Source of the DNA: an uncultured Candidatus Rokubacteria bacterium
Lineage (GTDB): Bacteria; Methylomirabilota; Methylomirabilia; Rokubacteriales; CSP1-6
Reading direction: 5' to 3'
DNA length: 64,000 bases
NCBI GenBank assembly: GCA_963762145.1
Contig: CAVXJS010000022.1
Coordinates: 32,001 to 96,000 of the forward strand
The position numbers and the translations under genes are program-made. Of this stretch, positions 1-9,202 are shown piece by piece. Each line of letters starts with the position of its first letter. Position 1 is the first letter of the stretch. Under the pieces are notes generated by a model. That model saw only the letters and a program-made list of their open reading frames with translations. It was not told where the DNA came from and searched no databases.

Positions 1-2
1 AC

Positions 3-329
3 GAGACCGAGTGGCTGCAACACCTCGACGAGCGCAACTACGACGAGGCGCTGGTGGCCGCCGAAGGCGTGATGATGGTGGACTTCTGGGCCGAGTGGTG
101 CGGGCCCTGTCGGGCCATCGGGCCGGTCCTGGAGGACCTGGCCAAGAATTCGGGCGGCAAGGTGACCCTGGCGAAGGTGAACGTGGACGAGAACCCGGGT
201 CTGGCCGCCCGCTACGGCATCCGGTCGATCCCGACCGTCCTGTTCGTGAAGGACGGCAAGGTTCGCGACCAGGTGGTGGGCGCGGTCCCGAAGATGCAGA
301 TCCAGGCCAAGCTGGCCAGCATCGCCTGA
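3..329 (+). CDS. trxA: Thioredoxin (5' end outside the window)
   Basis: VDFWAEWCGPC active site, KVNVDENP, GIRSIPT. The frame is open back to the window start. Confidence 0.95.
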   Translation, partial: ETEWLQHLDERNYDEALVAAEGVMMVDFWAEWCGPCRAIGPVLEDLAKNSGGKVTLAKVNVDENPGLAARYGIRSIPTVLFVKDGKVRDQVVGAVPKMQIQAKLASIA

Positions 330-342
330 TCGCGGGGGCGGG

Positions 343-1288
343 ATGGCCCGCGTCATCACGGTCGGGGCCGCGCAGCTCGGGCCCATCGCGCGGAACGACG
401 GCCGGGGCCTGGTCGTCAAGCGCCTCCTGGACCTGCTCGGGCAGGCCCAGGGGCGCGGCTGCGATCTCGTCGTCTTTCCCGAGCTCGCCCTGACCACCTT
501 CTTCCCGCGCTGGTGGATGGAGGATCCGGCCGAGATCGACGCCTTCTTCGAGCGGGACATGCCCGGTCCCGAGACCCGGCCGCTCTTCGACGAGGCGGCG
601 CGGCTCGGGATGGCGTTCTGCCTGGGCTATGCCGAGCTCGTGCGGGACGGCGGCGCGCTCCGACGCTACAACACGGCGATCCTGGTGGATCGCGCCGGAC
701 GCCTCGTGGGCAAGTACCGGAAGGTCCACCTCCCCGGCCATGCCGAGCACGAGCCGTGGCGCCCGTTCCAGCACCTCGAGAAGCGGTACTTCGACGTGGG
801 CGATCTCGGCTTTCCGGTCTGGCGCACGCTCGGCGGCGTGCTGGGGCCTGTGCATCTGCAATGACCGGCGCTGGCCGGAGACCTATCGCGTGATGGGATT
901 GCAGGGCGTCGAGATGGTCCTGCTCGGCTACAACACGCCCGCGCACAACCCGCCCGCGCCCGAGCAGGACGCGCTCGGCCCTTTCCACAATCACCTCGTG
1001 ATGCAGGCCGGAGCCTACCAGAACGCGACCTGGGTGGTCGGCGTGGCCAAATGCGGCCGGGAGGAAGGCTGCGATCTGATCGGCCAGAGCGCCATCATCG
1101 CGCCATCCGGCGAGATCGTGGCCCAGGCCGCCACGCTCGGCGACGAGCTCATCACCGCGCGCTGCGATCTCGACCTCACGCGCGTCTACAAGGACACGAT
1201 CTTCAATTTCGCCCGTCACCGCCGTCCCGAGCACTACCGGCTGATCGTGGACCGGGTGGGAGCCAAGCCACCCGAGGAGGGCCGATGA
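343..1288 (+). CDS. N-carbamoyl-D-amino acid amidohydrolase (nitrilase superfamily); one frameshift near 850
   Basis: FPELALTTFFPR, KYRKVHLPGH and ICNDRRWPE give the Glu-Lys-Cys triad, split over ORFs 343..864 and 629..1288. Confidence 0.9.
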
Positions 1289-1749
1289 CCGCGGGCGACG
1301 TCTACTTCGAGGACTTCACACCCGGACGGGAGTTCCGCACCGAGGGCATCACGGTCACCGAGGGCCAGATCATCGATTTTGCGATGGCCTTCGATCCCCA
1401 GCCATTCCATCTCAACGTCGAGGCCGCCAAGGCGACGATCTACGAAGGCCTCATCGCGAGCGGCTTCCAGACGATGGCGCTGACGTTCCGGCTCTTCCTG
1501 CAAACCCGCGCGCTGGCCGCCTGCAGCCTGGGCTCGCCGGGCGTGGACGAGGTCCGCTGGCTGCGGCCGGTGCGTCCCGGCGACACGCTGCGGGCGACGG
1601 TGCAGGTGCTGGAGCAGCGGCCGTCCAGCTCGAAGCCCGACCGCGGCATCGTGCGGCTGAACTGGACCACGATCAACCAGCGCAGCGAGCCGGTCCTCAC
1701 CTTGACGAGCCTGCAGCTCGTCCGCCGCCGGCCGACCGCCGGGGCCTGA
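1285..1749 (+). CDS. MaoC-family dehydratase
   Basis: YFEDF, FDPQPFHLN, IASGFQT, LRPVRPGDTL. ATGA overlap with the upstream gene. Confidence 0.88.
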   Translation: MTAGDVYFEDFTPGREFRTEGITVTEGQIIDFAMAFDPQPFHLNVEAAKATIYEGLIASGFQTMALTFRLFLQTRALAACSLGSPGVDEVRWLRPVRPGDTLRATVQVLEQRPSSSKPDRGIVRLNWTTINQRSEPVLTLTSLQLVRRRPTAGA

Positions 1750-1750
1750 G

Positions 1751-2470
1751 TCAGTCCGCGCAGACCAGCAGCGCGGAAGCGAGCGCGTGGAGCTCGCCGC
1801 TCTCCGATACGATCGCGGACGCGCCGAGCAGGTTCCGGCCATCCGACGCAAAGGGCCAGCCCATCACGATCCACCGCGCGCCGACCTCGAGCGGACGGAT
1901 GAGGCTGACGGTCAGCTGGCTCAGCACCGCCTTGCGCCGGCCGAAGGCCTCGAGCAGCGCGAACCCGGTCGGGCAATCGAGCGCGGCCCAGACGAACTCG
2001 GGGCGCATCGCGCCGTGCTTGTCGAAGAGCGTCGGATCCGGAGCCCAGGGCGCCGCCACCAGGTGCCGACCCGGCAGCGGGCCGGGGAAGATGGCGAGCC
2101 CGTCGCCCCACTCTCGGGCGGGTCCGCAGACGAAGCACTCCGGGAATGCGTGCTCGGTGAATCCCAGGTAGCGCTCGGCGGCCCACTGCGCCTCGGCGAA
2201 CGATGGCGGCGTGGGCGGCTCGATCTGCAGCGTGGCGGGCTCGGCGTGGGCGAGGACGGCCGCGCTCTCGTCGGACAGCATCACGCGCCCGTCCGCGAGC
2301 CGCTCGATCCCGAACGCGCGATCCACCGGGATCGGAGCGTCGAGGCTCACCCGCGCCGGACCGTCCACGTGTCGGCCGAGCAGCCCGGCGACGTACCCGC
2401 CGCTCGCGGTCCTGGGGGAGCCGCGGAAACGCCCCTTCACGACAATGGCCTCGGCCTCGGCGATGTTCAT
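1751..2470 (-). CDS. Double hot-dog thioesterase-like protein
   Basis: FRGSPRTASGGYVAG, CFVCGP, WAALDCP. SD GAGGAGG upstream of the ATG at 2470. Confidence 0.75.
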   Translation of the reverse strand: MNIAEAEAIVVKGRFRGSPRTASGGYVAGLLGRHVDGPARVSLDAPIPVDRAFGIERLADGRVMLSDESAAVLAHAEPATLQIEPPTPPSFAEAQWAAERYLGFTEHAFPECFVCGPAREWGDGLAIFPGPLPGRHLVAAPWAPDPTLFDKHGAMRPEFVWAALDCPTGFALLEAFGRRKAVLSQLTVSLIRPLEVGARWIVMGWPFASDGRNLLGASAIVSESGELHALASALLVCAD

Positions 2471-2498
2471 GGCATCCCTCCTCGGGCGCGCTGTGTTC

Positions 2499-2513
2499 GC
2501 AATCGCGGTGCCA
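2499..2513 (-). promoter_or_regulatory. Sigma54 (-24/-12) promoter of the thioesterase gene
   Basis: Minus strand reads TGGCAC-CGCGA-TTGC, an exact match to the TGGCAC-N5-TTGC consensus. Confidence 0.75.
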
Positions 2514-2530
2514 GGGATCCAAGAACACCA

Positions 2531-2543
2531 AATCAATGCCTTA
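2531..2543 (+). promoter_or_regulatory. IHF binding site
   Basis: AATCAATGCCTTA matches WATCAANNNNTTR and lies just upstream of the sigma54 promoter. Confidence 0.6.
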
Positions 2544-2628
2544 CGAGCCAGCATCGGGCGCTTCGCCCTGGCGGGGTGGGCGAAAATCCGTCGGATTATT
2601 CGATCCGCGATTCGTGGCAGGATGAAGT

Positions 2629-3996
2629 GTGCGCTATCACTTCTCCGGCATCGCCGGCGTCGGGATGAATCCGCTGGCGCGGCTCATGCGGGCCCGGGGC
2701 CACGCCGTGCAGGGCTCCGACCGATCCTTCGATCAGGGCAAGAACGCGCAGGTGGCCGCCGGGCTGGCTGCGCTCGGCATCGTCGTCAAGCCTCAGGACG
2801 GCTCCGCGGTGACCGCGGATCTCGACCGCTTCGTGTATTCCACCGCGGTGGAAGCGGAGACGCCGGAGGTCCGCGCCGCCCGCGCGCTCGGGCTCGAGCG
2901 CGTTCCGCGCCCGGCGCTGCTGGCCGAGGTGGTCGATGCGGGACGGCCGGGCGTCGCCATCGCCGGGACCAGCGGCAAGAGCACGATCACCGGCATGGTG
3001 GGCTGGCTCACCCGGGAGGCGGGATTGGCCGCCACCGTGCTGGGGGGCGCCGCGCTCGCCGGCGATGGAACCAGCGGCTGCTTCCTGCCGGGCCCGGTGG
3101 ACGGCCCGGTGGCCGCGGAGGCCTGCGAGTCCGACGGCACGCTGACCGGCTACCACGCCGCGCTCGGGCTCATTCACAACATCAGCCGCGATCACGGCGA
3201 AGTGGACGCGCTGATGCCCCAGTTCGAGGCCTTCGCCAAGCGCTCCGGCCGGCTGCTGGTCAACAGCGCGTCGCCCGAGGCGGTCACGCTGGGCCGCGCG
3301 GTGGGCGCACGCACCTATGGCGCGGGACCGAATGCCGACACCCCCCTCGAGGTCACGAGCACGGGTCCTCATCGCGCGCGCGGGATCCTGCGCCTCCCGG
3401 CGGGGCCGCTCGTCCTCGACGTGCCTCAGCCCGGCCTCCACAACCTGGAGAACGCGGCCGCCGCCGCGCTGATCGCGCTCGACCTGGGCATCGCCCCGGC
3501 GACGGTGGCGGCCCTGCTCGCCCGCTTCCCAGGCGTCGCGCGCCGCTTCGAGGTGATCGGCGTGACCGCGTCGGGCATCCGGGTGGTGGACGACTACGCG
3601 CACAACGGGGAGAAGCTGCGCGCGGCGATCACCGCGGCCCAGGCCGGCGCGGCGCGCGTCCTGGCGGTCTTCCAGCCCCACGGCTTCGGGCCCGCCCGCT
3701 TCCTGCGGCCGGAGCTGCGAGAGCTGATGCCGCGGCTGCTTCGGCCCGTGGACCGCCTCTGCTACGCGGAGATCTTCTACGCCGGCGGCACCGTGGCAAG
3801 GACATCTCGAGCCGTATGCTCGCCGCCGACCTGCCGGCCGCCCTGGGCTGCGGGTACGCGTCGAGACCATCCGGCGGTGGTCGACTGGATCCGGGCGGAG
3901 GCCCGGCCGGGCGACACCGTCCTGATCATGGGAGCCCGGGACCCGGAGCTCCCGGGCCTGGCCCGGGCCGCGTACCACGCGCTCGCGACCGCCTGA
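2629..3996 (+). CDS. Stand-alone MurC/Mpl-like Mur ligase (short compensating frameshift near 3800-3865)
   Basis: GIAGVGMNPLA, AGTSGKSTIT, EACESDG, DDYAHN, FQPHGF. Confidence 0.85.
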   Translation: MRYHFSGIAGVGMNPLARLMRARGHAVQGSDRSFDQGKNAQVAAGLAALGIVVKPQDGSAVTADLDRFVYSTAVEAETPEVRAARALGLERVPRPALLAEVVDAGRPGVAIAGTSGKSTITGMVGWLTREAGLAATVLGGAALAGDGTSGCFLPGPVDGPVAAEACESDGTLTGYHAALGLIHNISRDHGEVDALMPQFEAFAKRSGRLLVNSASPEAVTLGRAVGARTYGAGPNADTPLEVTSTGPHRARGILRLPAGPLVLDVPQPGLHNLENAAAAALIALDLGIAPATVAALLARFPGVARRFEVIGVTASGIRVVDDYAHNGEKLRAAITAAQAGAARVLAVFQPHGFGPARFLRPELRELMPRLLRPVDRLCYAEIFYAGGTVARTSRAVCSPPTCRPPWAAGTRRDHPAVVDWIRAEARPGDTVLIMGARDPELPGLARAAYHALATA

Positions 3997-4038
3997 TCCG
4001 CCCCTCCCGCCCCCCCCGAAGTCGTCCGGCTGCATCCT

Positions 4039-4052
4039 TTAGGGTACCCTAA
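4039..4052. promoter_or_regulatory. Perfect 14-bp palindrome upstream of ahpC, putative operator
   Basis: TTAGGGTACCCTAA in an AT-richer intergenic region. Confidence 0.5.
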
Positions 4053-4117
4053 TCATCTGAAGTAGGGAAACCGAACCCATACGCGCCCCCGCGGCGCGCA
4101 AGAAAAGGAGCCAAGTC

Positions 4118-4657
4118 ATGTTGACGATCGGAGACCGTCTGCCCGAGTTCGACCTCCAGGCCGCCGTCAGCCTCGACCGAGGCAAGGAATTCACCCAGAT
4201 CAGCAACCGCAGCTATCCCGGCCAGTGGCTGGTGCTCTTCTCCTGGCCCATGGACTTCACCTTCGTCTGTCCCACCGAGATCGCCGAGTTCGGCAGGCGG
4301 AACGGGGATTTCCGTGACCGCGACGCCCAGGTGCTCGGCATGAGCACCGACACGCACTTCGTCCACCTCGCGTGGCGGCGCGATCACCCGGATCTCAAGA
4401 CCCTGCCCTTCCCCATGCTGGCCGACACCAAGCGCGAGCTCTCGACCGCGCTCGGCATCCTGCACCAGGGCGAGGGCGTGCCGCTGCGGGCCACCTTCAT
4501 CGTGGACCCGCAGGGCATCATCCGCTGGGCCAGCGTGAACGACCTGTCGGTCGGCCGCAACGTCGACGAGGTCGTGCGAGTGCTGGATGCGCTCCAGACC
4601 GGCGAGCTCTGCCCGTGCAACTGGAAGGCGGGCGAAGCCACGCTGCAGGTGGCGTGA
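4118..4657 (+). CDS. ahpC: Peroxiredoxin AhpC
   Basis: WPMDFTFVCPTEI and ELCPCNW. SD AAGGAG. Confidence 0.95.
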   Translation: MLTIGDRLPEFDLQAAVSLDRGKEFTQISNRSYPGQWLVLFSWPMDFTFVCPTEIAEFGRRNGDFRDRDAQVLGMSTDTHFVHLAWRRDHPDLKTLPFPMLADTKRELSTALGILHQGEGVPLRATFIVDPQGIIRWASVNDLSVGRNVDEVVRVLDALQTGELCPCNWKAGEATLQVA

Positions 4658-4658
4658 G

Positions 4659-5211
4659 ATGGACGCGCTCGAGCAGCTTCGCGGAGCGATTCCCGACGCG
4701 GCCAAGGACATCCGCCTGAACCTGCAGGCGGTGCTGCGCGGGGAGCGCCTCGGAGGCTCAGCGCTGGGGCGTGGCGGCGGCCGCGGCGGTCGCCGCCCGC
4801 CACGCGCCGCTCCGGGACGCGGTGGTCGCCGCGGCCCTCACCGCAGCCGGGGCCGACGTGGTGGAGGACGCCCGGGCGGCCGCGGCGCTCATGGCGATGA
4901 ACAATGTCTACTACCGCTTCCGCCACATGGTCGGGAAGCCGATCTACGGTGAGAAGCCGGCCGGGCTCCGGATGAACCGGCTCGCGCAGCCCGCGACCAA
5001 CAGGACCGACTTCGAGCTCATGGCCCTGGCGGTGAGCGCGATCAACGGCTGCGAGATATGCGTGCGCGCGCACGAGAAGACGGTGACCGACGGCGGGCTC
5101 ACGCCCGACCACGTCAACGACGCGGTGCGGATCGCCGCGACGATCTACGCAGCGGCGGTGGCGCTGGAGTCGGGCGCGGCGGCGCTGGAGCCTTCGGCCC
5201 CGGGCGTCTAG
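4659..5211 (+). CDS. ahpD: Alkyl hydroperoxide reductase AhpD (frameshift near 4740-4770)
   Basis: AKDIRLNL, MAMNNVYYRFRH, SAINGCEIC. Directly follows ahpC. Confidence 0.9.
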
Positions 5212-5221
5212 CCCGAGGCGC

Positions 5222-7251
5222 TCAGCGCAGCGGGTGCGACGGGGCCGCGTCCTGCACGAGGCGCAGGGCGCGCTCCGCCTCCTCGATGGCGCGGCGGGCC
5301 TGGGTCAGCGCGAGCAGCGGGAAGTAGTTCCGGTAGAGCGTGTAGCGCAGGTAGAACACGTTGGGGAAGCCGGTGCCGGTGGCCAGGTGCTCGTCCCAGG
5401 TCCCGTCCGGCTTCTGGGTGTCCGACCAGGTACTCGATGCCCGCGGACGAGGCGCCTCGGTATCGCCCTCGCCGGCCGCGATCAGGCCGAGCAGCGCCCA
5501 CGCGGTCTGCGAGGCGGTGCTCGGCGCGGGCACGAAGCGGCCCTCGTCGTAGCTGGCGCAGCTCTCGCCCCAGCCGCCGTCCGCGTTCTGCACCGAGCGG
5601 AGCCACTCGCCCGCCTTGCGCACCGCCTTGGAGGCGCTCGCGATCGCTCGGCGGCCCGCGAGGCCGCGCAGCGCGAGGAAGGTGCCGTAGAGGTAGTTGA
5701 CGCCCCAGCGCCCGTACCAGCTGCCGTCGCGCTCCTGCGTACTCGAGGAGGAAGCCCGACGCCCTGCTCGATCGGCGGGATGCCGCGAGCTCGAAGCCGT
5801 GGCGGCACAGCGCCTCGAGCACGCGGCCGGTGATGTCCGGGCAGGACGGGTCGAGCATCGCGTTGTGGTCGGCGAACGGGACGCGGTTCAGGAATGCCCA
5901 GTTGTTGTCGGCGTCGAAGGCGGCCCAGCCGCCGTCGCTCGACTGCATGGCGACGAGCCAGGTCACCGCGCGCCGCTCGCACCGCTGCCTGCGCGGCCGG
6001 ATCGGACGCCTCGGCGTGCTGCAGGGCCAGCAGCACCATCGCGGTGTCGTCGATGTCGGGATAGAACTCGTTGGCGAACTCGAAGGACCAGCCGGACGGC
6101 TCGAGATCCGGGCGCTTCACCGACCAGTCGCCCTTGCGCCGGACTTCCTTGGCGAGCAGCCAGTCGGCGCCGCGCCGCATCGCGGCGGGCGCCACCGCGC
6201 CCATCTCCCCGAGCGCGAACGCCGCGATGGCGGTGTCCCACACCGGCGAGAAGCAGGGCTGGAAATAGAAGCGCGTCGGCGCGTCTCGATCAGCAGGCCG
6301 TCGAACTGGCGGATGGCCTCGACGAGGTCGGGATGGTCGCGCGCGTAGCCGAGCGACATCCAGCGCCATGATCAGGTACATCATCGACGGGTAGATCGCG
6401 CCGAGCCCGTCGCTGTTCCGCGTGTGATCCAGGACCCACTTCTCGGCCTCGCGGATCGCGGGCCGCCGGATCATCTCCGGCCCGCGCATCGCCCACATCT
6501 TGAGCGCGATGTCGAGCTGGCGGAACAGCGCGGAGAGCCGGTCGCGCTTCGGCAGCTTGAAGCTCTTGCCCGGCACCTCCAGCTCGTCCAGGGTGAAGCC
6601 CGCCGGCACGGGGCGCGTGTCCGTCTTGGCCTGGATGATGGTCAGCGGCATGACGATCGCGCGCGTCCAGGACGACATCTCGTAGATGAGCCCGCCCGGC
6701 AGCAGGACCAGCTCCACCGGGACCGTGGGCACGTGGCGCTGCGGATACAGGCCGAAGAGGCTCAGGTTGATCCGGACGTAGCTGTTCGCCTCCTGGATGC
6801 CGCCCAGGTTGAGGATCGCGTCGCGCGCCCGCTGCATCGGCTCGCGGTTGGCTCCGAGCCCCGCGAGCTTGAGGGCCATGTACGCCTTGATGGTGGCGTT
6901 GACGTCGGCGGGGCCGTCCGGGTAGATGTTGAAGCCGCCGTCCGACTTCTGCCGCGCCAGGATGGCCTCGCGCGCCCGCTGGATGCGGTCCCACGAGGGC
7001 GGCTTCCACTCTCCGTCCCGCGGCGGGTGCAGCCAGAGCTGCAGCAGCACGTAGTCGGACTCGAGCGTGGAGTCGGCGAGGAGATCGCCCACCCAGTAGC
7101 CCTCGGGCTTCTGCATCGCCAGCAGGGCGGGCGCGGTGCGCGCGCAGGCGGCCGCGGCGGCCTCCGCGAGGGCCACGCGATTCTCCGCGTGCGCCTCCGC
7201 CTGGTAGGTCGCCCGGGCCGGCAGCGGCTCGAACCACGGAGACGACGACAT
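5222..7251 (-). CDS. shc: Squalene-hopene cyclase (several frameshifts)
   Basis: YPDIDDTA (DXDD motif), QW repeats (QKSDGGF, QSSDGGW, QNADGGWGES), FADHNAMLDP, GTGFPNVFYLRY. Confidence 0.92.
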
Positions 7252-7269
7252 GGCAGCCAGTCTACACGA

Positions 7270-8073
7270 TCAGGGCCCGTCCTCCATGCGACTGAGAGGC
7301 GAGGTGATGGTGAGCCCGCCGTCGATGACGATGCACTGCCCGGTCAGGAACGACGCGGCGTCCGAGACCAGGTAGGCCACCAGGCCCGCCACGTCTTCGG
7401 GCGTCCCGTGCCGGCGCACCGGGGTGGCCGCGAGGAGGCGCGCGGTGGCCCGCTCGTAGTCGAGCCCGAGTCCCTGGGTGACGTAGTAGGTGGACGAATC
7501 GGTCGTGACGAAGCCCGGGGTCACCGCGTTCACCGTGATGCCGAGCGGCCCCAGCTCCAGCGCAAGACCGCGCACCAGGCTCTCGGCGGCGGCCTTCGCC
7601 GCGCCCAGCACGCCGTGTCCGCCCATGGCCTGGAAGCTGTCGATGCCGGAGATCAGCACGATGCGCCCGGGCCCGCCCTGCATCAGCGGGACCGCCGCCT
7701 GCGTCATCGCCACGAAGGCGTCCACCGAGATCGCAAAGGTGCGGCGGACATTGTGCGGCTTCTGCTCCAGCATCGGCCGGAACGCGGTCGCGGCCGCATT
7801 CGCCACCAGCACGTCCACGCGTCCGAGCGCGGCGCCGATCCGCTCGAAGACCGGCGCGACCTGCTCCGGCTCGGCGAGCTCGAGGCGCTCCGCGATCGCG
7901 CGCACGCCCAGCGCCTCGAGCTCGGCCACCGTCTGGAGCGCGGCGGGGGCATCTTTCCGGTAAATAATCGCGCAGTGCGCACCGTCCCGGGCGAGCCGGA
8001 GCGCGATGCCGCGGCCGATGCCGCGCGAGCCGCCGGTGATGACGGCCACCCGCCCTTCGAGCGGGCGGCTCAC
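7270..8073 (-). CDS. SDR oxidoreductase, FabL-like enoyl-ACP reductase
   Basis: ITGGSRGIG, LVANAA, AAKAAAESL, ITVNAVTPG. GTGA overlap with the upstream gene. Confidence 0.8.
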   Translation of the reverse strand: MSRPLEGRVAVITGGSRGIGRGIALRLARDGAHCAIIYRKDAPAALQTVAELEALGVRAIAERLELAEPEQVAPVFERIGAALGRVDVLVANAAATAFRPMLEQKPHNVRRTFAISVDAFVAMTQAAVPLMQGGPGRIVLISGIDSFQAMGGHGVLGAAKAAAESLVRGLALELGPLGITVNAVTPGFVTTDSSTYYVTQGLGLDYERATARLLAATPVRRHGTPEDVAGLVAYLVSDAASFLTGQCIVIDGGLTITSPLSRMEDGP

Positions 8074-9074
8074 GCTCGGGAGCCGAGACGCCGCAGGATC
8101 GCCTCCGCCTGATCCACGATCGACGCCATCACGTCGGCGACCGGCCGCACGTCGTGCACGAGGCCCGCCGACTGGCCGGCCGCCGCGCTGCCGTGCTCGA
8201 CGTCGCCCTCCTCGCGCGCGCGAATCGCCGCGGGCTTGCCGACGCGCTCGTACTGCACGGGAAAGGGCTGGATCTCGGCCTGCCGGCTCTCCCACTCGCG
8301 GGTGAAGGCGTTCCGGATCTGGCGATTGGGCTTGCCGGACACCGCGCGAGTCACCACCGTTCCTTCTTCATCAGTGGCCGCGATCTTCTGCTTGTAGTTG
8401 TCGTGGCCGTACGCTTCGCGCGTGGCGATGAAGCGCGTGCCCATCCAGACGCCGGCGGCTCCCAGGGCGAGCGCGGCCACCAGCCCGCGCCCGTCGGCCA
8501 GCCCGCCCGCCGCGACCACCAGGCGCGGCGCCACCGCGTCCACCACCGCGGGCGTGAGCACGACCCCGCCGACGCGCCCGGTGTGGCCGCCGCCCTCGTG
8601 CCCCTGCGCGATGATCACGTCCACGTCGTTGGCCGCGTGATCGCGCGCCTGCTTCACGTTGCCGCAGAGGGCCATCACGGTGATGCCGAGGCGGTGCGCC
8701 TCCGCGGTCACCGGCCCCGGGTTGCCCAGTCCCGCGATCAGCACCGGCACCCGCTCCTCCAGCGTCACGTCGATCCAGCCCTTCACGGAATCGGTGAAGC
8801 GCTCCGTCTCCTGTCCGCTGGTCCGCACGCTCGCGAAGAGGATGTCGACCCCGAAGGGCTTGTCGGTGAGATCGCGCACGCGGTGGATCTCTTCCCGCAG
8901 ATCCTTCGCGCTGCCGTGCGCGGCCGCGATGACGCCCAGCCCGCCCGCCGCGGAGACCGCGGCCGCGAGCTGCGCGCGGGCCACGAAGGCCATGCCGGCC
9001 TGGCAGATCGGGTAGCGGATGCCGAGGCGCTCGCAGAGGGGCGTGTGCAGGGCGCTACGCGTCGCGGTGGTCAT
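8070..9074 (-). CDS. Nitronate monooxygenase / FabK-like flavoenzyme
   Basis: YPICQAGM, AQGHEGGGHTG, AAGGLADGRG, MGTRF. Confidence 0.88.
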   Translation of the reverse strand: MTTATRSALHTPLCERLGIRYPICQAGMAFVARAQLAAAVSAAGGLGVIAAAHGSAKDLREEIHRVRDLTDKPFGVDILFASVRTSGQETERFTDSVKGWIDVTLEERVPVLIAGLGNPGPVTAEAHRLGITVMALCGNVKQARDHAANDVDVIIAQGHEGGGHTGRVGGVVLTPAVVDAVAPRLVVAAGGLADGRGLVAALALGAAGVWMGTRFIATREAYGHDNYKQKIAATDEEGTVVTRAVSGKPNRQIRNAFTREWESRQAEIQPFPVQYERVGKPAAIRAREEGDVEHGSAAAGQSAGLVHDVRPVADVMASIVDQAEAILRRLGSRA

Positions 9075-9098
9075 GCCGGCTCACCTCGAGGAAAGGGT

Positions 9099-9185
9099 TG
9101 GTGCCGGAGGCGGGACTCGAACCCGCAGGCCCTTGCGAGCACCGCATTTTGAGTGCGGCGCGTTTGCCAATTTCGCCACTCCGGC
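9099..9185 (-). tRNA. tRNA-Leu(CAA)
   Basis: GCCGGAG acceptor stem, TGGCGAAATTGGCAAAC D-arm, CCGCA-CTCAAAA-TGCGG anticodon arm, long variable arm, GGTTCGAGTCC, encoded CCA. Confidence 0.95.
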
Positions 9186-9202
9186 AAACCCAGGGTCCCA
9201 TT

